From: Rhizomicrobium sp.
GTDB taxonomy: Bacteria > Pseudomonadota > Alphaproteobacteria > Micropepsales > Micropepsaceae
DNA length: 64,000 nucleotides
Reading direction: 5' to 3'
NCBI GenBank assembly: GCA_050008635.1
Contig: JBEKMG010000009.1
Coordinates: 28,368 to 92,367 of the forward strand
Of the stretch, positions 28,967 through 37,307 are shown one piece after another (the first letter of the stretch is position 1; each line of letters begins with the position of its first letter). Under the pieces are notes generated by a model, which had not been told where the DNA came from, did no database searches, and worked only from the letters and a program-made list of their open reading frames with translations. The translations under genes and the position numbers were made by a program.

Positions 28967-29392
28967 ATGGGCAAGATTCGCATCACTGCACACATCGCGA
29001 TCGACGAAAGCGAGATCAAGGAGAGCTTCGTTCTGGCGGCGGGACCGGGCGGGCAGAACGTCAACAAAGTCGCCAGCGCGGTGCAGTTGCGTTTCGATGT
29101 CGGCCGCTCGCCTTCATTGCTCGAACCGGTGCGCCAGCGACTGGCCGCGCTCGTCGGCCACCGGCTGACCAAGGACGGCGTTCTGGTGCTGATGGGACGG
29201 CAATTTCGCGACCAGATCCGCAACCGCGCCGAGGTGCGCGAGCGGCTCGTGAGCCTGATCCGCGCCGCCGCCGTGACGCCGAAGAAGCGCCGCCCCACCA
29301 AGCCGCCGCGCGCCGCCAAGGAAAAACGCTTGCAGCACAAAAAGAAACATGCGGAGCTTAAGCGTGCGCGCGCCAAGCCACACGGCGATTGA
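28967..29392 (+). CDS. arfB: Alternative ribosome-rescue peptidyl-tRNA hydrolase
   Basis: GPGGQNVNK motif and basic C-terminal tail. Confidence 0.93.
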   Translation: MGKIRITAHIAIDESEIKESFVLAAGPGGQNVNKVASAVQLRFDVGRSPSLLEPVRQRLAALVGHRLTKDGVLVLMGRQFRDQIRNRAEVRERLVSLIRAAAVTPKKRRPTKPPRAAKEKRLQHKKKHAELKRARAKPHGD

Positions 29393-29410
29393 TTTTTCGA
29401 GAGAGCGACA

Positions 29411-30187
29411 ATGGATCCGCAGAACATTCTGGTGAAGACCGAAGGCGCCGTCGGCGTCGTCACCCTCAACCGGCCCAAGGCGCTGAACGCGCTCAGCTTG
29501 GAATTGCTGGACGAGCTGGCAACCGCACTGGAAGGCTTCGATGCCGATCCGGCCATCCACGTGTCCGTCGTCACCGGTTCGGCCCGCATCTTCGCCTCCG
29601 GCGCGGACATCAAGGAGATGACCTCGCAATCCTATATGGACATGTTCAAGAAGAATTTCTTTGCGGACGCGACGGACCGCATCGCCGCCATCCGCAAGCC
29701 GGTCATCGCGGCCGTGGCGGGCTATGCGCTGGGCGGGGGTTGCGAGCTGGCTATGATGTGCGATTTCATCATCGCCGCCGACACCGCTAAGTTCGGCCAG
29801 CCGGAAATCACGCTGGGCGTCATGCCTGGCATGGGCGGCAGCCAGCGGCTCACCCGCTTTGTCGGCAAGTCCAAGGCGATGGACATGTGCCTGACGGGCC
29901 GGACGATGGACGCGGCCGAGGCGGAACGCGCCGGCCTCGTCAGCCGCGTTGTGCCTGCTGCGGATCTTATGGCCGAAGCGATGAAGGCTGCCGCCAGGAT
30001 CGCCGAGCAGTCCCTGCCCATCCTGATGATGACGAAGGAAAGCGTGAACCGCGCCTACGAAACGACGTTGGCCGAAGGCATCCGCTTCGAGCGGCGGCTA
30101 TTCCACGCCATGTTCGCGACCGAAGACCAGAAGGAAGGCATGGCCGCGTTTTCGGAGAAGCGGAAGCCAACGTTCAAGGACAAATAA
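29411..30187 (+). CDS. Enoyl-CoA hydratase
   Basis: [26 protein letters not shown] and FGQPEI. Confidence 0.94.
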   Translation: MDPQNILVKTEGAVGVVTLNRPKALNALSLELLDELATALEGFDADPAIHVSVVTGSARIFASGADIKEMTSQSYMDMFKKNFFADATDRIAAIRKPVIAAVAGYALGGGCELAMMCDFIIAADTAKFGQPEITLGVMPGMGGSQRLTRFVGKSKAMDMCLTGRTMDAAEAERAGLVSRVVPAADLMAEAMKAAARIAEQSLPILMMTKESVNRAYETTLAEGIRFERRLFHAMFATEDQKEGMAAFSEKRKPTFKDK

Positions 30188-30190
30188 GTT

Positions 30191-30460
30191 GGCCCTGCTT
30201 ACATAGTCGTCACGGCCGCGACGCTGCCGATTTTGCCCCGATCCGGCAGAAGCCGCGCGCAGCGCGATGCGGGGACATCGGGCAAGCGCGGCGACGAACC
30301 GGGCGGGCAAAATCGGCGCGTCCCGAAGGGTTTCGGCGAAAATCGCCCTCTGGGGCGTCGAAGCGCTCGACCGTACTCCCCGGTACGCTCTTCGCGCTTC
30401 TCCTGCCATAGAACGATTTTCGCACGAAACGCGGCTCGTGAGGACTATGTAAACAGGGCC
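30191..30460. mobile_element. MITE-like element with 24-bp terminal inverted repeats
   Basis: GGCCCTGCTTACATAGTCGTCACG (30191-30214) versus the reverse complement of 30437-30460 is 22/24 identical. Internal IR pairs at 30226-30238/30305-30317 and 30336-30345/30414-30423. No ORF. Confidence 0.65.
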
Positions 30461-30467
30461 TCAGGAT

Positions 30468-30496
30468 TTGACCCCGGCGCGGGCGCGGGCTATACG
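30468..30496 (+). promoter_or_regulatory. Putative sigma70 promoter of rpsT
   Basis: TTGACC, 17-nt spacer, TATACG. Confidence 0.6.
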
Positions 30497-30528
30497 CCCC
30501 GGCTCCAAGCGGAATTACAGGAAGACCT

Positions 30529-30795
30529 ATGCCCAACATCGCCTCCGCCAAAAAGCGCGTGCACACCTCGGCCAAACGGGCCGCCATCAACCATTCCCGC
30601 AAGACCCGCATCCGCGGCTTGGTGCGCAATGTTGAAGAGGCCATCGAATCCGGCGACCAGAAGGCGGCCCTGGCGGCACTGAAGGCGGCCGAGCCCGAGA
30701 TCATGCGCGGCGTCTCCAAAGGCGTGGTCCATAAGAATACCGGCAGCCGGAAGGTGTCGCGGCTGACCAAGCGCGTGGCCAAGCTGGGCAAGTGA
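30529..30795 (+). CDS. rpsT: 30S ribosomal protein S20
   Basis: [10 protein letters not shown]…[16 protein letters not shown]. Confidence 0.97.
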   Translation: MPNIASAKKRVHTSAKRAAINHSRKTRIRGLVRNVEEAIESGDQKAALAALKAAEPEIMRGVSKGVVHKNTGSRKVSRLTKRVAKLGK

Positions 30796-30840
30796 GGCTT
30801 TCAGATTAGTTCTCTGGATTCTTTGCGGAATCTGGTCCAG

Positions 30841-30872
30841 AATGGGTCTGAAGGCGTTTCGGACCCGTTTTT
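30841..30872 (+). terminator. Intrinsic terminator after rpsT
   Basis: AATGGGTCTGAA/TTCGGACCCGTT stem followed by a T-run. Confidence 0.7.
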
Positions 30873-31282
30873 ATTTGTCCGTGGACTGAGCAACCGACCG
30901 TGCGACCGTTGTGCAGTGCGGCAAAAATGCGGTTGTCACGTAAGTGTCTGATTCGTTAAGGTTAGTGACCGTCAGTCTATTTTCCGCATGAAGAACATAG
31001 AGTTAGTACGGGTACGGATGAAAATTTTTCGACATAAAAGCGTCATGTTCATCTTTCGTTCCCTTGAACTCGAAACAGACTTGCGCTTATGGTTACCGCG
31101 TGGTGGCGGTACGAGAACAAAGATATGCCAAAGAAAATTAAAAATAAAACTGTAGTATTCGCCAGTTCTCGGCGTATGTCTCGGGCGAGTATCAAGTCTA
31201 ACCCTTTGTGAAATCTTGAAAAGGTGAGTTCGGGCCGCGGGCGGATGATCGCGACCGCGATCTTTGTCGCAGGGCTGGGGCC

Positions 31283-31723
31283 ATGGCGTCTGAGAACCTT
31301 TCTTCTGGATATGCCGGAGACCTGAGCGCGGCCGAGGCCTGGACCTTGCTCAGCGGCGACGAGACTGCCCGGTTGGTGGACGTCCGCACCGAGGCGGAAT
31401 GGAGTTTCGTCGGCGTGCCGGACCTGTCGGGTCTCGGCCGCAAGGTTCATTTCGTGGAGTGGCAAGGCTTTCCCTCCATGGTGCAGAACTCGGACTTCGT
31501 GGCCAAGACCGGCGCCGCGCTGGGGCCCGACAAGAACGCCCCTGTGCTTTTCCTCTGCCGTTCGGGAGGACGCTCGCGGGCGGCAGCCATGGCCATGACG
31601 GCGGCGGGCTATGCACGCGCTTACAACATTGCGGGCGGCTTCGAAGGCGATCTCGATCGCGACCGCCACCGCGGCAGCAAAAGCGGATGGAAGGTCAGCG
31701 GCCTTCCCTGGACACAGACATAG
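31283..31723 (+). CDS. Rhodanese-like domain protein
   Basis: LVDVRT..EW, active loop LCRSGGRS and NIAGGFEG. Confidence 0.9.
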   Translation: MASENLSSGYAGDLSAAEAWTLLSGDETARLVDVRTEAEWSFVGVPDLSGLGRKVHFVEWQGFPSMVQNSDFVAKTGAALGPDKNAPVLFLCRSGGRSRAAAMAMTAAGYARAYNIAGGFEGDLDRDRHRGSKSGWKVSGLPWTQT

Positions 31724-31867
31724 GAGGAGGACATGCGACGAGGTGAGGCGCCGCGGGAACGGCGCACGGGAGGTCGATAATCCGGGCCACAGAAGCGTCC
31801 GGCACGACAACAACTAAAAAAATGGGCTTGCCGTACCGCAAGGGCGGACAAGCAGCGGGTGAGGGAC

Positions 31868-33292
31868 ATGGGACAATATTCAAGCAAGCCGACGGCAATG
31901 GACTGGTATGCGGTATGGGCGTGCGTGCGCGAAAGGCTGCGCCGCGAATTGGGCGACCCGGTGTTTGACGCCTGGATCGGACCGCTGACGCTGGATGGCG
32001 TCGATAAGGACGAGCTGCGCATCGGCGCGGCCAAGCCTTTCGTGCGCAACTGGGTGGCCAACCATTACGTGACGCGCATCGAGCGCGCCTTCAGCGCCGA
32101 AGGCGCCGAACCGGCTTCCTTGTCGATCGTGGTCTCCAATCCGCCCGCCGTCGCCGCCGGCGTCTCCAAGGAGCCCGTGCGCGTCGAGCCGCCGCCGGCG
32201 CCGGTTTCCTATCTGCCGCGCGGCGAGACCGAAGACGGCGCCGCGCCCAAAGGCCTGTGGACGCGAATGCTGCATCCCCAGCAGACCTTCGACAGCTTCA
32301 TTCCGGGCACCGCCAACGAGTTCGGCCACGGCGCCGCGCGGGCTTTCGCGGAAGGCCACGGCGGCGACATTCCGCTGCTCTACATCCATGGCGGCTTCGG
32401 CTTCGGCAAGACGCATCTGCTGAACGCGGCAGCGCTCGAATTCCGCAAGCGCGGCAAGCGCGTGTTGTTCCTCCGCGCCGAGGATTTCATGCGCCATTTC
32501 CTGGGCGCGCTCTACCGCAAGGACACGCTCGCCTTCAAGGAAGAGCTGCGCAGCGCCGACGTGATGATCATCGACGATCTGCAGCACATCTGCCGCTCCA
32601 CCGCGACGGCGTCGGAGTTCCTCTACACCGTCAACGCCTTCGCCGATCTGCGCCGCCGCGTGGTGATCGCCGCCGACCGCTCGCCTGCCGCCTTGGAAGG
32701 ACTGGGCGCCGACATCAAATCGCGCATGACCGGCGGACTGGTGATCCAGCTCGACAAGCCGGACCGCGAAACGCGCCTCGCGATCCTGAAATCGCGCGCC
32801 GCGGAATTCACCCGGCTGCGGCCGGAGGTCATCCTGCCGGACTGCGTCCTCGAACGCATCGCCGACATCGACGACGCCAGCCCGCGCGAGATGATCGGCG
32901 TGCTCACGAAGCTGGCGACCTATGCCGACCTGACCAAGAAGCCGGTGACGCCGGAGATGGCCGAGGAAGCCGTGGGGCTGCGCAGCTCGCCGGGCGCCAA
33001 AACCTCGATCGAAGACATCCAGCGCAAGACCGCCGAGTTCTACAAACTCGACGTGAAGGACTTCTATTCGCCGCAGCGGGCGCGCCGGGTGGCGCGGCCG
33101 CGGCAGGTGGCGATGTATCTCGCGCGCAAGCTGACGACGCGGTCGCTGCCCGAGATCGGGCGGCGCTTCGGCGGACGCGACCACACCACCGTGCTGCACG
33201 CCTGCCGGCGCATCGAGGCGCTGTGCTCGGAGGATCCGCTGTTCAAGCAGGAGGTCGATTTCCTCAGCCAGATGCTGTCGAAGAGGATGTGA
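31868..33292 (+). CDS. dnaA: Chromosomal replication initiator DnaA
   Basis: Walker A GGFGFGKT, Walker B IIDD and domain IV RPRQVAMYL…GGRDHTTVLHA. Confidence 0.95.
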   Translation: MGQYSSKPTAMDWYAVWACVRERLRRELGDPVFDAWIGPLTLDGVDKDELRIGAAKPFVRNWVANHYVTRIERAFSAEGAEPASLSIVVSNPPAVAAGVSKEPVRVEPPPAPVSYLPRGETEDGAAPKGLWTRMLHPQQTFDSFIPGTANEFGHGAARAFAEGHGGDIPLLYIHGGFGFGKTHLLNAAALEFRKRGKRVLFLRAEDFMRHFLGALYRKDTLAFKEELRSADVMIIDDLQHICRSTATASEFLYTVNAFADLRRRVVIAADRSPAALEGLGADIKSRMTGGLVIQLDKPDRETRLAILKSRAAEFTRLRPEVILPDCVLERIADIDDASPREMIGVLTKLATYADLTKKPVTPEMAEEAVGLRSSPGAKTSIEDIQRKTAEFYKLDVKDFYSPQRARRVARPRQVAMYLARKLTTRSLPEIGRRFGGRDHTTVLHACRRIEALCSEDPLFKQEVDFLSQMLSKRM

Positions 33293-33298
33293 CGACGC

Positions 33299-33321
33299 GC
33301 GAGTAGCGAGTAGCGAATAGC
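33299..33321 (+). repeat. Short heptamer tandem repeat (GCGAGTA)2 GCGAATA GC
   Basis: Read directly, just after the dnaA stop. Confidence 0.6.
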
Positions 33322-33334
33322 ACCTGACCCCTTG

Positions 33335-33400
33335 CCTCCCCCCTTGCGGGGGAGGCGGATTTTCTCGCGCCACTTTGCGCAGGAAAATCGGTGGGGGGTG
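33335..33400. repeat. REP/RIME-like half element (left arm)
   Basis: CCTCCCCCCTTGCGGGGGAGG hairpin, second hairpin, then TCGGTGGGGGG. Confidence 0.75.
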
Positions 33401-33908
33401 ATGCCGCATCACTCGTCCGCTCTATCTTGTGTCCTTCGCTGTGACTTCACATCTCCCTGTGTAGTTGTTTTCGATTTTTCGAGGGTCCCCCCCTGACTCC
33501 ACAAACTCGAATTCAAATCGAGATTTTTCGTGCTAACGCCTTGACGCAAAATCCGGATCGCCTTCGTACATTTCGCTCCTCAACCTGCATTTTCGCGACA
33601 CCTGTTCGGCACGATAATTGTTGCGGAGTTTTTTTTGCAGGCCCCGGCACGCACGACTCCCGTTTCGCGAAATGCGAACTGCAAGGTTTGTGAGAATGCG
33701 TTCGTGTCGTAGTGCTCTCGGCCTCTGTTTTCCCGACCTCCAATCGTTCGTGCGGCCACTCGTGGCCAACGGCTTGAGGTAGGAATTAAAACCGCCATTT
33801 CAAGATGGTGCGGCAAAAAGTGCACGAGGTAACTGCGCAGCTAAGCGGGCGTGACGACAACTGCCCTCTAGCATAACGTGCAAGAGGGCAATTTGAGTTA
33901 TCCGCCGA

Positions 33909-36905
33909 ATGTCAGCAAAGCCCGTCATCTTCATCAGCTACAGCCACAAGGACGAGCCGGACGAAGTTCGTGACGACGAGGTCAAATGGCTGACTTACGT
34001 CCAAAAGTATCTTGCTGCGGCCGTAAAGGATGGAAGATTTGAAGTCTGGGTAGATCGCAACATGCCCTGCGGAACCGGATGGGATGCCGAAATCGAACGA
34101 AACCTGCATATTTGCGACGTGTTTGTTCTGCTTGTTTCGGAAAACTCGACGGCCTCGGACTACATCTTGGACAAAGAGATCAAGATCACCCGCGAACGGC
34201 AAGGCAAGGGTCAAAGCGTTCACTTCTACCCGATCCTATTGAAACCCACGCCGGAGGCTGGTCTCAGGAAAGTCACCGACAAGAACCTTCGCCCGCGCGA
34301 CGGCAATGATTTGTGGAACTTCCCGCCACCCCAACGCGCAAAACAGATGAAGGAAATCGCCGACGAAATAGCGGAACTTGTCGAGCAAATTGGCAAAGCA
34401 AAGACTGCCGCTACACCGCCGAAGCCGCGTCCGTCTTCGGCAATCCTCGTCGATATTTCCAAACTTCCCGAAACGCCCTATGTCCGTCTTGTCGGCCGCG
34501 ACGATGAGCTTGCACGGCTCGATGCCGCATGGGTTGATCCGAAGATCGACATCATTTCCGCTATTGCTGAAGGTGGCGCCGGCAAATCGGCGCTGGTCAA
34601 CGAATGGCTCGCGCGGCTCCAGGCGCGCAACTATGGCGGCGCGGAAGAAGTGCTCGGCTGGTCTTTCTACAGCCAGGGCTCGAAGCAGCGCGCGACGTCC
34701 GCGGACAGCTTTCTCAACTGGGCGCTCGACAGGCTCAAGGTCGCCGTAGCCTCCAACAACGCGGAGGCCAAGGGCGAAGCCATTGCCGAGGCGCTGGCGA
34801 ATCGCCGCATCCTTCTGGTGCTCGATGGGGTCGAACCGTTGCAGCATGGATTGGGTCCGGAATTCGGCAAGCTGAAAGACCCGGGCCTGCGCGCCTTGTT
34901 GCGCCGCTATGCGGCCATGCCGCCCAGCACCGGCCACAGCCTCATCGTCGTCACCAGCCGGGCCGCGATTGCCGATCTCGCCAAATGGAAAGCGACCGCC
35001 GCGCCCATCATCGATCTCGACAAACTGTCGGACGACGCCGGCGCCGACCTGCTCAAGGACAACGGCGTCTGGGGCACCGACAAGGACTTGAAAGCGGCGG
35101 TGACGGCGTTCGGCGGACACGCCCTCGCGCTCTCCCTGCTTGCCGGCTACCTCAAGGAAGCCCAGAACGGCGATGTGCGCCGCCGGGATCATATTCGCGG
35201 GCTGTTGGCGGATGCCGACAATCCGCGCCATGACCACGCGACACGCGTGATGGAATCTATTTCCAAAGAATGGCTCGGTCAGGACAGGGTGCTGAACGCG
35301 ATCATGAACCTGATCGGCCTGTTTGACCGGCCGGCGGATGCGGGATGCCTGAACGCCTTGCGGCGCAAGCCCGAGATCGAAGGTTTGACGGAGCCGTTGA
35401 TCGAATTGAGCGAGGAGGAATGGAACAAATCGGTCAACCGCCTGCGCGCGGCGCGGCTCCTGCTGCCGGCGGACCCGAAGGCGCCGGATGCGCTCGATGC
35501 TCACCCACTGGTGCGCGAGTGGTTCGGCGAACGACTGCGGCAGGCGAACGAGGCGGCGTGGCGCGCCTCGCATGGGCGGCTTTATGAACATCTGCGCGAT
35601 ACGACAAAGGAAGGAAAGAAGCCGACACTGGACGATCTCGCGCCGCTCTATCAGGCAATCCCTCATGGTTGTCGCGCCGGACGTCATCAGGAGGCGCTCA
35701 AGGAAATCTATATGAACCGCATCTGCCGCGCGAGGCCGGACGGCAGAATCGAATTCTATGCAACCAAGAAACTTGGCGCGTTTGGTAGCGATCTTGCGGC
35801 CATATTCTGGTTCTTCGACAAGCCATATGAAACGCCGGTGTCTTCTCTTGTACTAGGATACCAGTCTTGGGTGCTTGGTTTAGCCGGATACTCACTTCGG
35901 GCACAGGGGCGGTTCTCTGAATCGCTGCTGGCGAACCAAACAGGGCTGCGCATGGACGAAGACGCGGAAGATTGGTCCAACGCCGCTATAACTGCGTCAA
36001 ATCTCAGTGAAACTCAATTGGTTCTCGGCGAAGTCGTCGCTGCTATCGATACAGCCGCACGTTCGGTCAAGAATGCCGATTGTAGCAAAGATTACTTTCA
36101 GATGATGAGCAAACGTACAACACACGCCGACGCTTTGCATGCCGCCGGACAGCGCAATGCCGCTGAGCGCCTGTTCGCTGATGCGGAGCAGCGACAACGT
36201 GAGCAGCAGACGGAATATCCCCTGCTCTATTCAATACAAGGCTATCAGTATTGCGACCTACTTATCGCCAAAGGTGATTGGACTGGTGCATGTGATCGGG
36301 CTATCCAGGCATTGGAATTGGCCAGGGCTGAGAGTCAGCTTCTCGACATCGCCTGCAATGGGCTTACCCTCGGCCGCGTTCATCTTGCGCTCGCACTTCA
36401 CAACAAAGAGCGATCTTTGTCGAATTCCTGTGACGACGTGCGCACTGTCCTTATGCTACTCGATGGGACTGTCGAGGGTCTCCGCGCCGCTGGGCAACAA
36501 CAAGAACTTCCCCGCGGTCTCCTCTCTCGCGCTGCGTTCCGTCGCAGCATTGCGGATTGGAAGGGTGCCACACGCGATCTCGATGAGGTCGAGGAGATCG
36601 CGGAGCCCGGGCCGATGAGGCTTCACCTGTGCGACCTGGCGCTCGAACGCGCGCGGCTGGATTTTGCGCACATCGAAGCTTTTGCTCCGCTTAACGGACT
36701 GCTGGAAGCGAACAATCCGCCAAAGCCAACAATGCTGAGCGACCAAGAAATCACGACTTTACGAGAGGACGCGACGAAACAACTCGCCATCGCGAGCGAC
36801 CTGATCGCAAAATGCGGCTACCACAGGCGCGACGAAGAACTAACCGAGCTTCAGTTCGTCCTGCGCGGCGAGCGCCACTTCGCCGACTTGCCGCCGCGGG
36901 TTTAG
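33909..36905 (+). CDS. TIR domain + STAND (NB-ARC/NACHT-like) NTPase + TPR-like repeats; NLR-like protein
   Basis: TIR motifs IFISYSHKD and FVLLVS..S.ASDYI..KEI; P-loop AEGGAGKS; Walker B LLVLDGVE; VVTSR; GHALAL; HPLVREWF; C-terminal helical repeats (AITASNLSE.QL..G, DALHAAG). Confidence 0.85.
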   Translation: MSAKPVIFISYSHKDEPDEVRDDEVKWLTYVQKYLAAAVKDGRFEVWVDRNMPCGTGWDAEIERNLHICDVFVLLVSENSTASDYILDKEIKITRERQGKGQSVHFYPILLKPTPEAGLRKVTDKNLRPRDGNDLWNFPPPQRAKQMKEIADEIAELVEQIGKAKTAATPPKPRPSSAILVDISKLPETPYVRLVGRDDELARLDAAWVDPKIDIISAIAEGGAGKSALVNEWLARLQARNYGGAEEVLGWSFYSQGSKQRATSADSFLNWALDRLKVAVASNNAEAKGEAIAEALANRRILLVLDGVEPLQHGLGPEFGKLKDPGLRALLRRYAAMPPSTGHSLIVVTSRAAIADLAKWKATAAPIIDLDKLSDDAGADLLKDNGVWGTDKDLKAAVTAFGGHALALSLLAGYLKEAQNGDVRRRDHIRGLLADADNPRHDHATRVMESISKEWLGQDRVLNAIMNLIGLFDRPADAGCLNALRRKPEIEGLTEPLIELSEEEWNKSVNRLRAARLLLPADPKAPDALDAHPLVREWFGERLRQANEAAWRASHGRLYEHLRDTTKEGKKPTLDDLAPLYQAIPHGCRAGRHQEALKEIYMNRICRARPDGRIEFYATKKLGAFGSDLAAIFWFFDKPYETPVSSLVLGYQSWVLGLAGYSLRAQGRFSESLLANQTGLRMDEDAEDWSNAAITASNLSETQLVLGEVVAAIDTAARSVKNADCSKDYFQMMSKRTTHADALHAAGQRNAAERLFADAEQRQREQQTEYPLLYSIQGYQYCDLLIAKGDWTGACDRAIQALELARAESQLLDIACNGLTLGRVHLALALHNKERSLSNSCDDVRTVLMLLDGTVEGLRAAGQQQELPRGLLSRAAFRRSIADWKGATRDLDEVEEIAEPGPMRLHLCDLALERARLDFAHIEAFAPLNGLLEANNPPKPTMLSDQEITTLREDATKQLAIASDLIAKCGYHRRDEELTELQFVLRGERHFADLPPRV

Positions 36906-36928
36906 GCATCCAACCGGACGATCAGGCA

Positions 36929-37152
36929 ATCCCCCCACCCAATCCGCCAACGGCGGATCGACCTCCCCGCCAGGGGGAGGTGAAAGGTGGGGCCGAGCGC
37001 TTGACGCCCCCTCCGGCTCGCCGCAAACGGCTCGTCACCTCCCCCGCTTCCGCCTTCGCCAAGGCTACGGCGGACAAGTCGCGGGGGCGGAAAGACATCT
37101 CGCGGACGCCAAAATGCCCCCTCCCTAACCCTCCCCTTTCAGGGGAGGGAAA
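36929..37152. repeat. Cluster of three REP/RIME-like right-half elements
   Basis: CCCCCCACCC…ACCTCCCC..GGGGGAGG (36929-36982); a second half carrying a CCGCCTTCGCCAAGGCTACGGCGG insert (37050-37073); CCCCTCCCTAACCCTCCCC..GGGGAGGG (~37116-37150). Confidence 0.75.
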
Positions 37153-37307
37153 CCCTTGCCAAAGCTGGCCTCTTGGGCCCGTGCCTGATATAATTTCGCA
37201 CTTGAGTCCTTGGCTTTTAGAAGCTCAAGGAAATCAAGGGCTTCCGGGCACGCCGCGAGGGGACCGGAAGGGGCTTTTCTAGGAACCGCACGGCAGTCGA
37301 AAGAGCC

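Noticed and set aside
30800-33900. oriC near dnaA
   Set aside because: No TTATCCACA boxes found in the flanking intergenic regions, and alphaproteobacterial origins are usually near hemE instead.
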